A DNA stretch of 64,000 bases from contig JAWKSP010000002.1 in the NCBI GenBank assembly GCA_041389025.1, positions 184,079-248,078 of the forward strand, read 5' to 3'. The notes below the pieces were generated by a model. The model saw only the letters and a program-made list of their open reading frames with translations, was not told the origin of the DNA and made no database searches. Source of the stretch: Minisyncoccota bacterium. Lineage in GTDB: Bacteria > Patescibacteriota > Minisyncoccia > Phycocordibacterales > UBA918. This document shows, piece by piece, positions 9,601 to 19,702 of this stretch. Position 1 is the first letter of the stretch, and the number at the start of each line of letters is the position of its first letter. The position numbers and the translations under genes were made by a program.

Positions 9601-10866
9601 TTACCCAATCTTATCCTTCCCCATAAATGGTCGCAGTGCCTCTGGAATCATAATAGATCCATCCTCCTGTTGGAAATTCTCGATCAAAGACACCAAGATA
9701 CGCGGGGTTGGAATAGCGGTACAGTTAAGTGAATGAGCGTATTTCATCTTACCTTCAGCATCACGGTAACGGATATTGAAGCGACGGGTTTGAAAATCAT
9801 GAAAGTATGAAGCGGAGCTGATTTCACGGTAAGTTTGTTCCCCTGGCACCCAAAGCTCTATGTCATACTTTTTCACTTGTCCTTGCCCCAAGTCACCACC
9901 ACAGTTGAGCACTGTACGATACGGTATACCGAGTGACTCGATAAACTCTTCGGTATTGCGATTGATCTCTTCGTGCCATTTTACACTTTCCTCATGCGAG
10001 GCTTCACAAAGCACTACTTGCTCAAGTTTGAAAAACTCATGCACTCGTATCAGACCTTTTGTATCTTTTCCGTGACTACCAGCCTCACGCCGATAACAAG
10101 GTGAGAAAGCTAAAAATTTTACCGGAAATTCTGCTCGCTCCAAGACTTCATCAGCATAAAATCCCATGGCCGATACTTCACTGGTACCAATCAGATAATC
10201 ATCATCTTGGGTTTTATATACATCCTCGGCATCATTAGGTAAATGTCCAGTACCATACAAGTTACTCTGTCGAACAATCGACGGCACCAGAAGCGGTTCA
10301 AAACCTTTGTTTTGGAAAAATTGGTTAGCATAATTCCAAATCGCCCAAGATAACTTTGCTCCGTCACCACGCAAGAAATAACCACGAAAACCGTGCACCT
10401 TCACACCACGCTCAAAGTCCGCCATCTTATGTTTGGTCATAAGCTCAAGATGGTCCTTGGCTTCAAATGGAAATTTGGTTTTCTCACCCCAAGTTTTTAC
10501 TTCCTCATTATCCGCATCACTCTCACCGTCCGGCACTGACATATCAGGAATATTTGGCACCTGCAGCATTAGCCTTTGCCATTTCTTCATCACCGGCTTT
10601 AGATCCTCTTCGTTATTATGTATGTCAGTTTTTAGTGATTGCATCTCAAGAATCAACTGATGACGTCTGGTGCCATCACCACCAACCTGTGCAATCTCTC
10701 CCGACACTCGATTTTGCTCAGCTCGTTTGGCCTCGATAACGGTCATGAGCTCACGCCTTTTATCATCGATACTAATCAGTTTATCAATATCAACTTCTAT
10801 TTTCTTTTTCTTTGCTGCCAACTTAACAATTTCAGCATTTTCACGAATAAATTTAATATCTAACAT
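9601..10866 (-). CDS. serS: seryl-tRNA synthetase
   Basis: N-terminal coiled-coil, class II motifs, FRREAGS..., 421 aa. Confidence 0.9.
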   Translation of the reverse strand: MLDIKFIRENAEIVKLAAKKKKIEVDIDKLISIDDKRRELMTVIEAKRAEQNRVSGEIAQVGGDGTRRHQLILEMQSLKTDIHNNEEDLKPVMKKWQRLMLQVPNIPDMSVPDGESDADNEEVKTWGEKTKFPFEAKDHLELMTKHKMADFERGVKVHGFRGYFLRGDGAKLSWAIWNYANQFFQNKGFEPLLVPSIVRQSNLYGTGHLPNDAEDVYKTQDDDYLIGTSEVSAMGFYADEVLERAEFPVKFLAFSPCYRREAGSHGKDTKGLIRVHEFFKLEQVVLCEASHEESVKWHEEINRNTEEFIESLGIPYRTVLNCGGDLGQGQVKKYDIELWVPGEQTYREISSASYFHDFQTRRFNIRYRDAEGKMKYAHSLNCTAIPTPRILVSLIENFQQEDGSIMIPEALRPFMGKDKIG

Positions 10867-10970
10867 AAATGCAATTTTATAGTTATCAGATTATACCTTA
10901 TTTTTTTCTTTAAGCACTTCCTTGCTCTTATTTATAATGGTAAAAGCACTAAATAAACAGAGTTTTACAT

Positions 10971-11576
10971 GTGTTTATTTTTAATGAAATTGGTATAATA
11001 TCAGTCATGAAAACTAAATCTGTTTTCTTCTCTGCCATCTTTTTTTCAATTATTTTAGGCCTAAGCCACACCACATACGCAGAAATCACGAAAAGTGTAG
11101 TCGATTCTGACATTTTGAATTATCACAACCAAGCGGAAGTTGAGAAAAAAGTTCGTGAGTATTTTGCTGAAACTCCAGACATGATTGAAATTGCTCGTTG
11201 CGAATCAAATTTCCGTCAATATACTGACAGCGGAAAAGCTTTACGCGGTGGTATGAACAATCAAATGGTTGGAGTATTTCAGTTTAATGAGTCCCTACAC
11301 TCAGCTGACGCTAAAAAGCTTGGATTTGATATCAACACTCTCGAAGGCAACTTAGCTTATGCAAAATATGTTTATGACTCACAAGGCAACACCCCGTGGA
11401 TTTCCGTTCGCCACTGTTGGGAGAATCCTGTTTTACCTAAAGTAACGACTGTCTTTAATAATACCGAACAAAGCATTTCAAAACCAACCAAAGCTGAACT
11501 AAAAGCAAAAATAAAACAGCTTTTACAGCTCCTCCAACTTCTACAACAATTACAAAAACTGCAAGAAATGGTTTAG
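10971..11576 (+). CDS. secreted protein with an Rpf/transglycosylase-like CES motif and a Q/L-repeat C-terminus
   Basis: Signal peptide; IARCESNFRQ...GVFQFN resembles the lysozyme-like Rpf domain; C-terminal KQLLQLLQLLQQLQKLQ. Confidence 0.3.
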   Translation: MFIFNEIGIISVMKTKSVFFSAIFFSIILGLSHTTYAEITKSVVDSDILNYHNQAEVEKKVREYFAETPDMIEIARCESNFRQYTDSGKALRGGMNNQMVGVFQFNESLHSADAKKLGFDINTLEGNLAYAKYVYDSQGNTPWISVRHCWENPVLPKVTTVFNNTEQSISKPTKAELKAKIKQLLQLLQLLQQLQKLQEMV

Positions 11577-11595
11577 CTTTCTTATTATTCATACA

Positions 11596-11967
11596 TCAAC
11601 CCAAGATCTCTTGTATCTCTCTAACTCTCTCAATCAAATCAGCCAGACTTGTTCTCAAATATTCTCCTTCACCCTCTTTAGCCCACTTTGAGTGAGTGGT
11701 ATAGACAACTTTTATAAGGTCAGTATCGACTCTTTCTTTAAGAGCGTTAAATAGAGTGGTATTTCCATCAATTACTTTAAGTTCTCCAGATTCAGTTAAC
11801 CTAATAGAAATTTCTTTGTTTCTAAGGATTTCATAAATATCATCCCCTAATCTTTTTTGATCAATTTCAGATTTTGGTCGCCCAAAATTTATCGTCACTC
11901 CTACCACAGTTTCTTGGTGATTTTCATTAGTTTCAACTTTGTTGCGATTAAAAAGTTTTTCAAACAT
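11596..11967 (-). CDS. hypothetical protein
   Basis: 123-aa ORF with no recognisable motif. Confidence 0.35.
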   Translation of the reverse strand: MFEKLFNRNKVETNENHQETVVGVTINFGRPKSEIDQKRLGDDIYEILRNKEISIRLTESGELKVIDGNTTLFNALKERVDTDLIKVVYTTHSKWAKEGEGEYLRTSLADLIERVREIQEILG

Positions 11968-12130
11968 GTTTAGTTTTTAATTATGTTTATACAAAACTTA
12001 TTTCTTCCCCATAAAATCCAGTAGAAAAATACTCTCTTTCTTCAATACAGGGTCAAACTAACTGTAGCCCTGCGTACTTCAAAATAAAAACTTAGATTTG
12101 ACTTTATTGCATTATTAAAATCCACAAAAA

Positions 12131-12976
12131 CTAAGGTAATTCTATAATGATAGCATCATGGAAATATTCAGCACTTTTAATTTTACCAGCAGTAACGTCT
12201 TCAAATGGTATATTTTTATTATATCTAGCCACTATTAAGGCAGGTCTGATAGTGTTATCAAATATCATTTTACTAAAACAGTCACCGACACCACATTCAG
12301 ACACCAAAGAAAGGTTGTTGTTTAATTCAGTATATATAATCTTATCTTCACCAGTTAGATAATCACTTTCTACAACATCACTACCAGATACATGGTAATT
12401 TTTTCCTTTATACCAAATTCCATCCAACAATATGTTTCTAGGTACATTATTTATAACTTTAATCACCTTATGTGTAGGTTCATGAACCAGATAATCATCA
12501 AAAACACTTGAAGGATTATACAAAATCCGCATCAAAGTATGGTTATTATCTATTTTTATTAAATATGAATTTAAATCACTGAAAGTAGAACTGTCTGAAA
12601 AAGCGATTTTAGTATTTTCAGTATATAATTCTTTACCCTCTAAAACATATTTATTAATAATGCTATTTTTCATTTCTACATAATCACCAGATTTTAATTC
12701 TGAGTCAGCGGAAACCACTATTTTTTCATCAACAATTCCACTCTCTTCTTTTGTTACTAAATCATCTACTTCCTTAATAACCACTTTTTCCGGAGCGTAA
12801 TTATACCCAATCCAACTTCCAATAAAAGGCAAGGCAACGAACAGTGCCATTGCTAAATATTTTGAAACGGGTGTAACCTTTTTCAAATTAGCATAATAAT
12901 CATTATCAATTTCAGATTCGGGCGTGGTATTGTTTTCAATTTGCATTATTAAAATAGTAACACAATCGAAAATCAC
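12131..12976 (-). CDS. hypothetical membrane-anchored protein (shares its N-terminal anchor with 29518..30978)
   Basis: KVTPVSKYLAMALFVALPFIGSWIGYNY anchor followed by an extracytoplasmic domain. Confidence 0.4.
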   Translation of the reverse strand: MIFDCVTILIMQIENNTTPESEIDNDYYANLKKVTPVSKYLAMALFVALPFIGSWIGYNYAPEKVVIKEVDDLVTKEESGIVDEKIVVSADSELKSGDYVEMKNSIINKYVLEGKELYTENTKIAFSDSSTFSDLNSYLIKIDNNHTLMRILYNPSSVFDDYLVHEPTHKVIKVINNVPRNILLDGIWYKGKNYHVSGSDVVESDYLTGEDKIIYTELNNNLSLVSECGVGDCFSKMIFDNTIRPALIVARYNKNIPFEDVTAGKIKSAEYFHDAIIIELP

Positions 12977-13009
12977 AAAAACTATCTATCACCATGCTAA
13001 AATCTACTT

Positions 13010-13900
13010 ATGTCTCAGTATTCTGAAATCAAACTCCTCAATCCTTCGGATTTTGTACCAAACAATCTTGGTGCTTTACTAGAAATTCCTCAACCGCCCG
13101 ACCAACTTTGGTACCAAGGACAAATGCCGCCGGCAGACCTGAAGCTTTTGGCAGTGGTCGGCTCACGAAAATACACTACTTACGGCAAACAAGTGATTGA
13201 ACACTTGATATCTGGACTTGCTGACTATCCGGTCGGAATCGTGTCAGGCCTCGCACTTGGAATTGACGGACTAGCCCATGAAGCCGCTCTTAAGAATAAT
13301 TTGTATACCTTAGCCGTCCCCGGCAGCGGACTTGATGAGAAAGTTTTATATCCAGCTAGTCATCGGAGTTTGGCAAGGAGGATTGTGGATGGCGGCGGCG
13401 GTCTAATGTCGGAATTACCACCTACGACCGCCGCCGCCCCATGGACCTTCCCCCAAAGAAACCGCCTTATGGCCGGACTAGCACACGCCACTATTCTTAT
13501 AGAAGCCGGCGCCAAATCCGGCACCCTCATCACTGCTCGCCTGGCGGTCGACTACAACCGCGAGCTCTTAGCTGTCCCCGGTAGTATCTTTTCCAAAAAC
13601 TCCTACGGGACTCACCAATTTTTAAAGCTCGGCGCTACTTTAGTCACCGACGCTAGCGACATCCTCCTCACCTTAAATATAGAAGAGAAAAAAGCCGAGC
13701 AAAAAGCTAGACCAAAACTTTCCGACCTCGAGGAAAAAGTCATCACCCTCCTCCACGAACCCCTCGACCGCGACACCCTAATCAGACAACTAAATATCCC
13801 AGCCGCGGAAGCTGGGATATTGTTGATGAATATGGAAATGCAGGGGTATGTAAAGTATGAAGCTTTATTATATTACGACAATACAGAACGTAGTGTTTAA
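13010..13900 (+). CDS. dprA: DNA-processing protein DprA (SMF family)
   Basis: VVGSRKYTTYGKQV, GLALGIDGLAHEAAL, Rossmann-like DprA core. Confidence 0.85.
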   Translation: MSQYSEIKLLNPSDFVPNNLGALLEIPQPPDQLWYQGQMPPADLKLLAVVGSRKYTTYGKQVIEHLISGLADYPVGIVSGLALGIDGLAHEAALKNNLYTLAVPGSGLDEKVLYPASHRSLARRIVDGGGGLMSELPPTTAAAPWTFPQRNRLMAGLAHATILIEAGAKSGTLITARLAVDYNRELLAVPGSIFSKNSYGTHQFLKLGATLVTDASDILLTLNIEEKKAEQKARPKLSDLEEKVITLLHEPLDRDTLIRQLNIPAAEAGILLMNMEMQGYVKYEALLYYDNTERSV

Positions 13901-13924
13901 TAAAACTTTATATTTCAAATTAAA

Positions 13925-14830
13925 TTATCGTACAACAGTATATTTATCGGTTATTTTTTCACCATATTTATTGTAACAATCACTGGAAATACCGTAAACA
14001 TAATCTTTTTTCATAATTATTTTACCTTCTTTTATGTAAGCTATATCTTCAACATCTCTAATTTTTCTATGATAATCGAACTCAATAATTAGTTCATCTC
14101 CTTTTAAATAGGGAGCATCTCCAACTCTAACCTCATCATAATCGAAAGTTGTTTTTATTAACATATCCTTAGACATAGTATACATACTATAAGGATCCAA
14201 ATAATAGTGGCTCGATAATATCCTATACTGTCTCGAATCCGGATTATGAAAACATAAATATTGACCATCTAAGGAGTTACTTCTAACATAATTTATTTGC
14301 TCTTTTTTAACCTCATCAATCTTTATATCAATATATTCTTGAGATATTGGTGCAAATATTATTTTTACAAGATATATAAATAAAATTAAACCAAAGAGAA
14401 TAGCTATAGGAATATACTCATATTTTTTTAACCCTTCTCTGTATATATTCTTTTTCGCTCTAACCTTAAATATTATTAAGCTTAATAAAAATATTGCAAA
14501 AATTATAGGAATACCCCAAAAAGCAAGTATTACTATAGCTCCGAAAGAAGCGCCGTATTCAGCGCAAATTTGAAAATTACACATCACAGCATCAATACTT
14601 TCCGTTTGAAAAGCGGTAAACATGTTTACCGCAATAACAAATAAGACTGTTACAAGTGAAGGTAAAAAAACAACAGGAAGACGATCCTTTGATTTGGCAA
14701 AAAAAGTAGCCGCTAATATAAATGATACATAGATAGACAGTAGAGGTATGACAGAAAAGATTAGGATTGTTATTGGATCATATAACAAATCTAATATATT
14801 CCTGTACTTTTCCAACCAAACTAAATCCAT
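13925..14830 (-). CDS. hypothetical integral membrane protein
   Basis: Several N-terminal TM helices; the C-terminal soluble domain is unassigned. Confidence 0.35.
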   Translation of the reverse strand: MDLVWLEKYRNILDLLYDPITILIFSVIPLLSIYVSFILAATFFAKSKDRLPVVFLPSLVTVLFVIAVNMFTAFQTESIDAVMCNFQICAEYGASFGAIVILAFWGIPIIFAIFLLSLIIFKVRAKKNIYREGLKKYEYIPIAILFGLILFIYLVKIIFAPISQEYIDIKIDEVKKEQINYVRSNSLDGQYLCFHNPDSRQYRILSSHYYLDPYSMYTMSKDMLIKTTFDYDEVRVGDAPYLKGDELIIEFDYHRKIRDVEDIAYIKEGKIIMKKDYVYGISSDCYNKYGEKITDKYTVVR

Positions 14831-14963
14831 TAAAATTTATTATACACCAGAGAAAGTAACTATATACTCAAACTTAAGGGGATACTTAACGCTTTTACCT
14901 CCCCTCAACACCCTAACAGTTGACTTTATTCCCCATTCCTAGTATTTGTAACAGGACTAATAT

Positions 14964-17324
14964 ATGAGTAAACAAACTTTAGTAATCGTTGAGTCTCCAG
15001 CCAAAGCGAAGACCATCGAAAAATATTTAGGTAAGGATTATAAGGTTATGTCCTCTATTGGACACGTCCGCGACCTACCAAAAAGCAATACTGACGCCGT
15101 CGACATCGAGGGCGGTTTTATACCACGTTACATTATTTCCCCAGGTAAAGGCAAGGTAATCGATGGACTAAAAGCCGCTGCCGAAAAAGCTGATGCCGTA
15201 CTACTAGCATCCGACCCCGACCGTGAAGGAGAGGCGATCGCTTGGCACGTGGCTGAACTAATTAAAAAAGAAAATAAAAACCTCAAGCGAGTGGTTTTCA
15301 ATGAAATTACCGAAGACGCCGTCAAAGAAGCTATATCTCATCCGCGCAAAATCGACCTCCACCTTAAAGAAGCCCAGGAAGCCCGTCGCGTACTCGACCG
15401 CCTAGTTGGCTATGACCTTTCTGGTCTGATTTGGAAAAAAGTTCGCTACGGTCTTTCGGCTGGTCGCGTACAGTCTCCTGCGCTTCGTATCGTAATGGAA
15501 CGTGAGCGAGAAATTCGTGCCTTTATACCAGAAAACTATTTCACTCTGACTGCCGACATGAAAGCTGGCAAAAACAACATTCCTTTTCTTTGCTCAGTTG
15601 AGCCAAAGGAGTTAAAAGAAGCCGAAAGAATCAAGAAGGTTGGCGAAGCTAACAAATGGAAAGTTACTGGTCTTAAAGAAACTGAAGTGAAGCGTACGCC
15701 ACGCCCACCTTTCACTACCTCTACTTTGCAGCAAGTCGCTTCCACTCGTCTTGGTTTTGCTCCGTCTCGCACCATGGGCGCGGCGCAAAAACTCTACGAA
15801 GCTGGACACATCACCTACATGCGAACTGACAGCACGACTATTAGTGCCGTTGCGGAAAAACAAATCCTAGCTCTACTAAACAAAGAGTACGGCAAAGAAT
15901 ACGTTCAACCTCGTCAATTCAAGACTAAAAGCAAATCTGCTCAAGAAGCTCATGAAGCAGTCCGTCCGACCAATTTTGCTATTCGTAGTGCCGGTTCGAC
16001 CGCCGATCAAAAAGCTCTGTACGAACTAATCTGGAAACGTACTGTAGCCTCACAAATGTCTGACGCAATCGCTAAGCGTACCAAAATCACCACTAATATT
16101 GATAATACTAAGGAAACCATTCCTGACTTTGCAGTCACCGGCTCTCGCATCATTTTTGATGGTTGGCTTAAGGTCGACACTACAGCACGAGGTGAGGATA
16201 CTGAAGTGCCAAAAATAGCTACTGGTGACCCGCTTGATCTAAAGAAGATCGACATCGAAGCCAAACAAACCCAACCACCAAACCGCTACACCGAAGCCGG
16301 CCTGATCAAAGAACTCGAAAAACGCGGTATCGGCCGACCATCTACTTACGCTTCTATTATGAAAACTATTACCGATCGTGGTTATGTCGTAAAAGAAGGA
16401 CGTACTCTGATCCCGACCGACACTGGCGACGTGGTTTCTTCATTCCTTGAGCAACATTTTGCTGACTACATCAGTGACACTTTTACCAGTGAAATGGAAA
16501 CTGAGCTCGACGAGATAGCCGAAGGTGAACGTGAATACGCCAAGACTCTAAAAGATTTTTATAAACCCTTCCAAAAGGCCGTAACCGATAAAGAAGACAT
16601 TGAAAAATTAACCAACTTAGGCCCAGGACCAAAAGGTTTTCCTTGTCCGGATTGTAGTGCTGACATGATCATCAAGCTTGGTAAAGCAGGAACTTTCTTG
16701 TCTTGTAGTCGTTTTCCTGATTGTAACGGAGCGAGACTGATAGATGGTAGCGAAATGAAACCAGACGAACCAATCGGTAACCACCCAGACACCGGCGAAC
16801 CGATTTTTGTCATGAACGGAAAATTCGGTCCTTATGTTCAACTTGGTGAAACTCCGGAAAAGGTAAAAGGTAAAAAACAAGTCAAACCGAAACGTGCTTC
16901 CCTACCAACTGGCGTCAAACCAGAAGACGTTACTCTAAAAGACGCTGTGATGTACCTCACCTTACCTCGCGAACTAGGCGCACATCCAACGACCGGAGAG
17001 CCTATCGTAGCCAATACCGGCCAGTACGGCCCATACTTGGCTCACGCTGGTGATTTTCGTTCTCTAAAAGGCACTGACAACCCATACGAGATCACTTACG
17101 AACGAGCACTTGAAATATACAAAGAACCAAAGCAAACCCGTAAAGGCGAAACACTTATTAAGGAACTAGGGGTTAATCCAGCTACCAAAAAATTAGTTAA
17201 CGTCTTCGAATCAAAATCTGGACGTTATCTCAAAAAAGGCTTCAGACGCATCAGTATTCCCGACGAAATCAAAACCGAAGATTTGACTTTGGAGGTGGCG
17301 GTGGAGTTGTTAAAGCAGGGGTAA
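14964..17324 (+). CDS. topA: DNA topoisomerase I
   Basis: TOPRIM start LVIVESPAKAKTI, catalytic region, C-terminal Zn-ribbon repeats (CPDCSADM). Confidence 0.9.
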   Translation: MSKQTLVIVESPAKAKTIEKYLGKDYKVMSSIGHVRDLPKSNTDAVDIEGGFIPRYIISPGKGKVIDGLKAAAEKADAVLLASDPDREGEAIAWHVAELIKKENKNLKRVVFNEITEDAVKEAISHPRKIDLHLKEAQEARRVLDRLVGYDLSGLIWKKVRYGLSAGRVQSPALRIVMEREREIRAFIPENYFTLTADMKAGKNNIPFLCSVEPKELKEAERIKKVGEANKWKVTGLKETEVKRTPRPPFTTSTLQQVASTRLGFAPSRTMGAAQKLYEAGHITYMRTDSTTISAVAEKQILALLNKEYGKEYVQPRQFKTKSKSAQEAHEAVRPTNFAIRSAGSTADQKALYELIWKRTVASQMSDAIAKRTKITTNIDNTKETIPDFAVTGSRIIFDGWLKVDTTARGEDTEVPKIATGDPLDLKKIDIEAKQTQPPNRYTEAGLIKELEKRGIGRPSTYASIMKTITDRGYVVKEGRTLIPTDTGDVVSSFLEQHFADYISDTFTSEMETELDEIAEGEREYAKTLKDFYKPFQKAVTDKEDIEKLTNLGPGPKGFPCPDCSADMIIKLGKAGTFLSCSRFPDCNGARLIDGSEMKPDEPIGNHPDTGEPIFVMNGKFGPYVQLGETPEKVKGKKQVKPKRASLPTGVKPEDVTLKDAVMYLTLPRELGAHPTTGEPIVANTGQYGPYLAHAGDFRSLKGTDNPYEITYERALEIYKEPKQTRKGETLIKELGVNPATKKLVNVFESKSGRYLKKGFRRISIPDEIKTEDLTLEVAVELLKQG

Positions 17325-17411
17325 AAAACAAAAGTGAAATGAAGTAAACACTTGTAAAGTTACATTATTTGTGTTATAATTTGAGCGTTAAAAAACAGTA
17401 CTGGAGGAAAA

Positions 17412-17696
17412 ATGTACTTTATTACAAAGAAGAGCGGAAATGCTCACAAGTTCAAACAAGGGAGAAAAGCTGTTGTTACTTTAGCTAACAAAGATTTTGA
17501 GGTCACAATAGTCAAACATAACGAAATTTCACACGTTGACGTTGAGTTTGACGAGCCGATACTAATTAGAAAAGAAACTCACAATGTATCATGGTGGTTT
17601 CCAAAATTCTGTGAAAGGTTCTATATCGATGTGGAATATGAATGGACAAAAATCCTTCGTTTTCACGAGAATGAAGTTCATCTTACAGAAGAATAG
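17412..17696 (+). CDS. hypothetical small protein
   Basis: ORF with a GGAGG RBS 8 nt upstream. Confidence 0.35.
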   Translation: MYFITKKSGNAHKFKQGRKAVVTLANKDFEVTIVKHNEISHVDVEFDEPILIRKETHNVSWWFPKFCERFYIDVEYEWTKILRFHENEVHLTEE

Positions 17697-17776
17697 ACCC
17701 AACAAGATTTTATCACCTATACCTCGTATTATGTATCAAAAATAAATACGAGGTATATTTTTATGTATTATAACCA

Positions 17777-18607
17777 CTACAACGACCTCACAAATTTCTC
17801 CACATCACCCTGTTTCATTTTTACCGCTCTAGACTGTTTCCAAACGATATCAAACTGTGACCGCAAGGTCTTAGCTAGCTCAGCGCTTTCGATAATAAAA
17901 CCAAAGCTCTCCTGCCTGGAAGACAAAAAAGCAATCTTCTTGCCATAAATCCAATATCCCATTGAAAAATCGATGTTGCCGGGTGCAATTCTAATCTCAC
18001 GATTAAAGTCTTCTCCCGAACCTAGGTATGGATGTTTTTTGAAGTTTATAACTTGATTTTCTGGCCAAATGGCTCGAACCGAAATATTACGCTTTATCCG
18101 CTCTCGGTTATGTAGATCAAAAAACCTAGGTGAAAGTGTGTCTACCATAGTTTGGATTGGCCAAAGAGCCTCAGTTTCAATATTTTTATATAAGAGCATA
18201 TCTTTCAAAACTCTTTCTAGACTTTCTTTCGTGTCAAAAACCTCAAGTTTTGGAGAAACATAATAATCACTTAAAAGAGATCTGATGTCGGTCAGAGATT
18301 TTTTGAATTCATTTTCTGATAATTCCAACTCTTTCTTTTTTTCTTCAAAAAGATTTACTATCTTGTCCGGATGAATCGGTACAAAAAACTTTTTACCGTC
18401 TTTTCTTGATTCTGTTACCAAACCCTTTGTTATCAAGCGAGCCAACATCGTATAAACAGACGGTCTTGGTAAACCAGTCTGTTTTGCCAAGTCTCCGGCT
18501 GTCACCGACCCTGATGACAACATATTTATATAAAGTTTATTTTCTTCTGGACTGATACCTAGATTTTGTAATAGATTATTATTCATGTTGTCGTAACAAT
18601 ACAACAC
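17777..18607 (-). CDS. TrmB-family transcriptional regulator
   Basis: N-terminal winged HTH GDLAKQTGLPRPSVYTMLARLITKGLV plus a C-terminal TrmB-like domain. Confidence 0.55.
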   Translation of the reverse strand: MLYCYDNMNNNLLQNLGISPEENKLYINMLSSGSVTAGDLAKQTGLPRPSVYTMLARLITKGLVTESRKDGKKFFVPIHPDKIVNLFEEKKKELELSENEFKKSLTDIRSLLSDYYVSPKLEVFDTKESLERVLKDMLLYKNIETEALWPIQTMVDTLSPRFFDLHNRERIKRNISVRAIWPENQVINFKKHPYLGSGEDFNREIRIAPGNIDFSMGYWIYGKKIAFLSSRQESFGFIIESAELAKTLRSQFDIVWKQSRAVKMKQGDVEKFVRSL

Positions 18608-18687
18608 TATTTTATTTTAAGCAAGTAAATATTAATATAATAAAGGTTATTTTTTTGTTCTATAATTTAAACAAAAGAGGTGTAATC

Positions 18688-19296
18688 ATGAACTGTAAAG
18701 AAATTATTGTTTTACCGGGTGGTAGACTAGCAATATTACGCACTCCGTCACCAACCACACTTGATGGATACCGACTCGCCACTCACAGCGAGCTACTATC
18801 AGCCAACTTGTGTTACCCTTTTCCTTGGGGTAACTTACCGAGCGATAGCCAAGCTTCCAAACTTTGGCAAGATCATAAAGTAGGAATGGGTGGACTAATT
18901 CATTATCAGTGGTTTGTAACATCAGAGGGCCGTTTTGGTGGTGCTGATAATGTACCAAAATCTCTCCCTGGCTCACTCCGCTGTTCCATGTACTTAGATG
19001 GCGGTGAAGGATCAGGAGAAGAAAATGAGGGTTTTGCTCTTGTTACAAAGACTGACAAAATAACCCAAAATATGTATAGCAAAGTCCAGCTACACGCTCT
19101 AGAGCATGTAGTGGCTGATGGTGGACATATAATCGTCTCCCCAGTCTGTGAAGACAATATTGTCTACGTTGGTTTTGTCGGTCGCTGCCTGAGATGTCCA
19201 AACCCAGAAGTGATTTCGTTTAAACAACTGCAAAAAGCCGTTCCTGATTATAATTTTCAATTATTTCCCGAGTGGGAAAATTGGTCTTTAACTTAA
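18688..19296 (+). CDS. protein with a C-terminal Nfu-type Fe-S scaffold-like domain
   Basis: ADGGHIIVSPVCEDNIVYVGFVGRCLRCPNPE follows the Nfu pattern GHGG..L..I.EDG...L.F.G.CxxC. Start chosen at the ATG after the AGAGGTG RBS. Confidence 0.4.
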   Translation: MNCKEIIVLPGGRLAILRTPSPTTLDGYRLATHSELLSANLCYPFPWGNLPSDSQASKLWQDHKVGMGGLIHYQWFVTSEGRFGGADNVPKSLPGSLRCSMYLDGGEGSGEENEGFALVTKTDKITQNMYSKVQLHALEHVVADGGHIIVSPVCEDNIVYVGFVGRCLRCPNPEVISFKQLQKAVPDYNFQLFPEWENWSLT

Positions 19297-19434
19297 TTTA
19301 GACTGTTTTTATTTTCGTGAGCCACAAATTTCATTTGTGGCTCATTATATTTATACAATATTAATAAAATGAAACTTTTTTAAAATAAGATAAGTTATAT
19401 TCACTAGATTCTGCACAAACTTAAAGGAGTAAAC

Positions 19435-19617
19435 ATGGTACAAGTTAGAAATACCGTAAATGTAATGATAAATATGCAACAACACGAAGCAATAATACAA
19501 GAAATTTCTCATCCATATTATATAGTGAAATTGGTTACACCTATCAAGCATGGATCAGCTGATTATACAGAAATCATTAAGGTACACGTTAAACATGTTA
19601 ATGTGACTAAAATGTGA
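19435..19617 (+). CDS. hypothetical small protein (60 aa)
   Basis: Strong RBS AAAGGAG; followed by a hairpin plus T-run terminator at 19639..19685. Confidence 0.35.
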   Translation: MVQVRNTVNVMINMQQHEAIIQEISHPYYIVKLVTPIKHGSADYTEIIKVHVKHVNVTKM

Positions 19618-19638
19618 AATTTTGTATTGATGTGTTGT

Positions 19639-19685
19639 CGGGCGATAATTTTTATTGAAAGAAAAATTATCGCCCGTTTTTTCTC
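19639..19685 (+). terminator. rho-independent terminator
   Basis: cgggcgataatttt...aaaattatcgcccg followed by tttttt. Confidence 0.55.
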
Positions 19686-19702
19686 ACTAAGACCGCAAAA
19701 AC

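Noticed and set aside
11461-11576. Possible tandem DNA repeat in cagcttttacagctcctccaacttctacaacaattacaaaaactgcaa
   Set aside because: It is a short imperfect codon-level Q/L repeat inside a CDS (coiled-coil tail), not a CRISPR or VNTR array.
15128-16880. Several 65-90-aa minus-strand ORFs inside topA
   Set aside because: They are antisense to a well-supported, long conserved CDS. No RBS is present and their composition is Ser/Ala-rich, typical of antisense frames.
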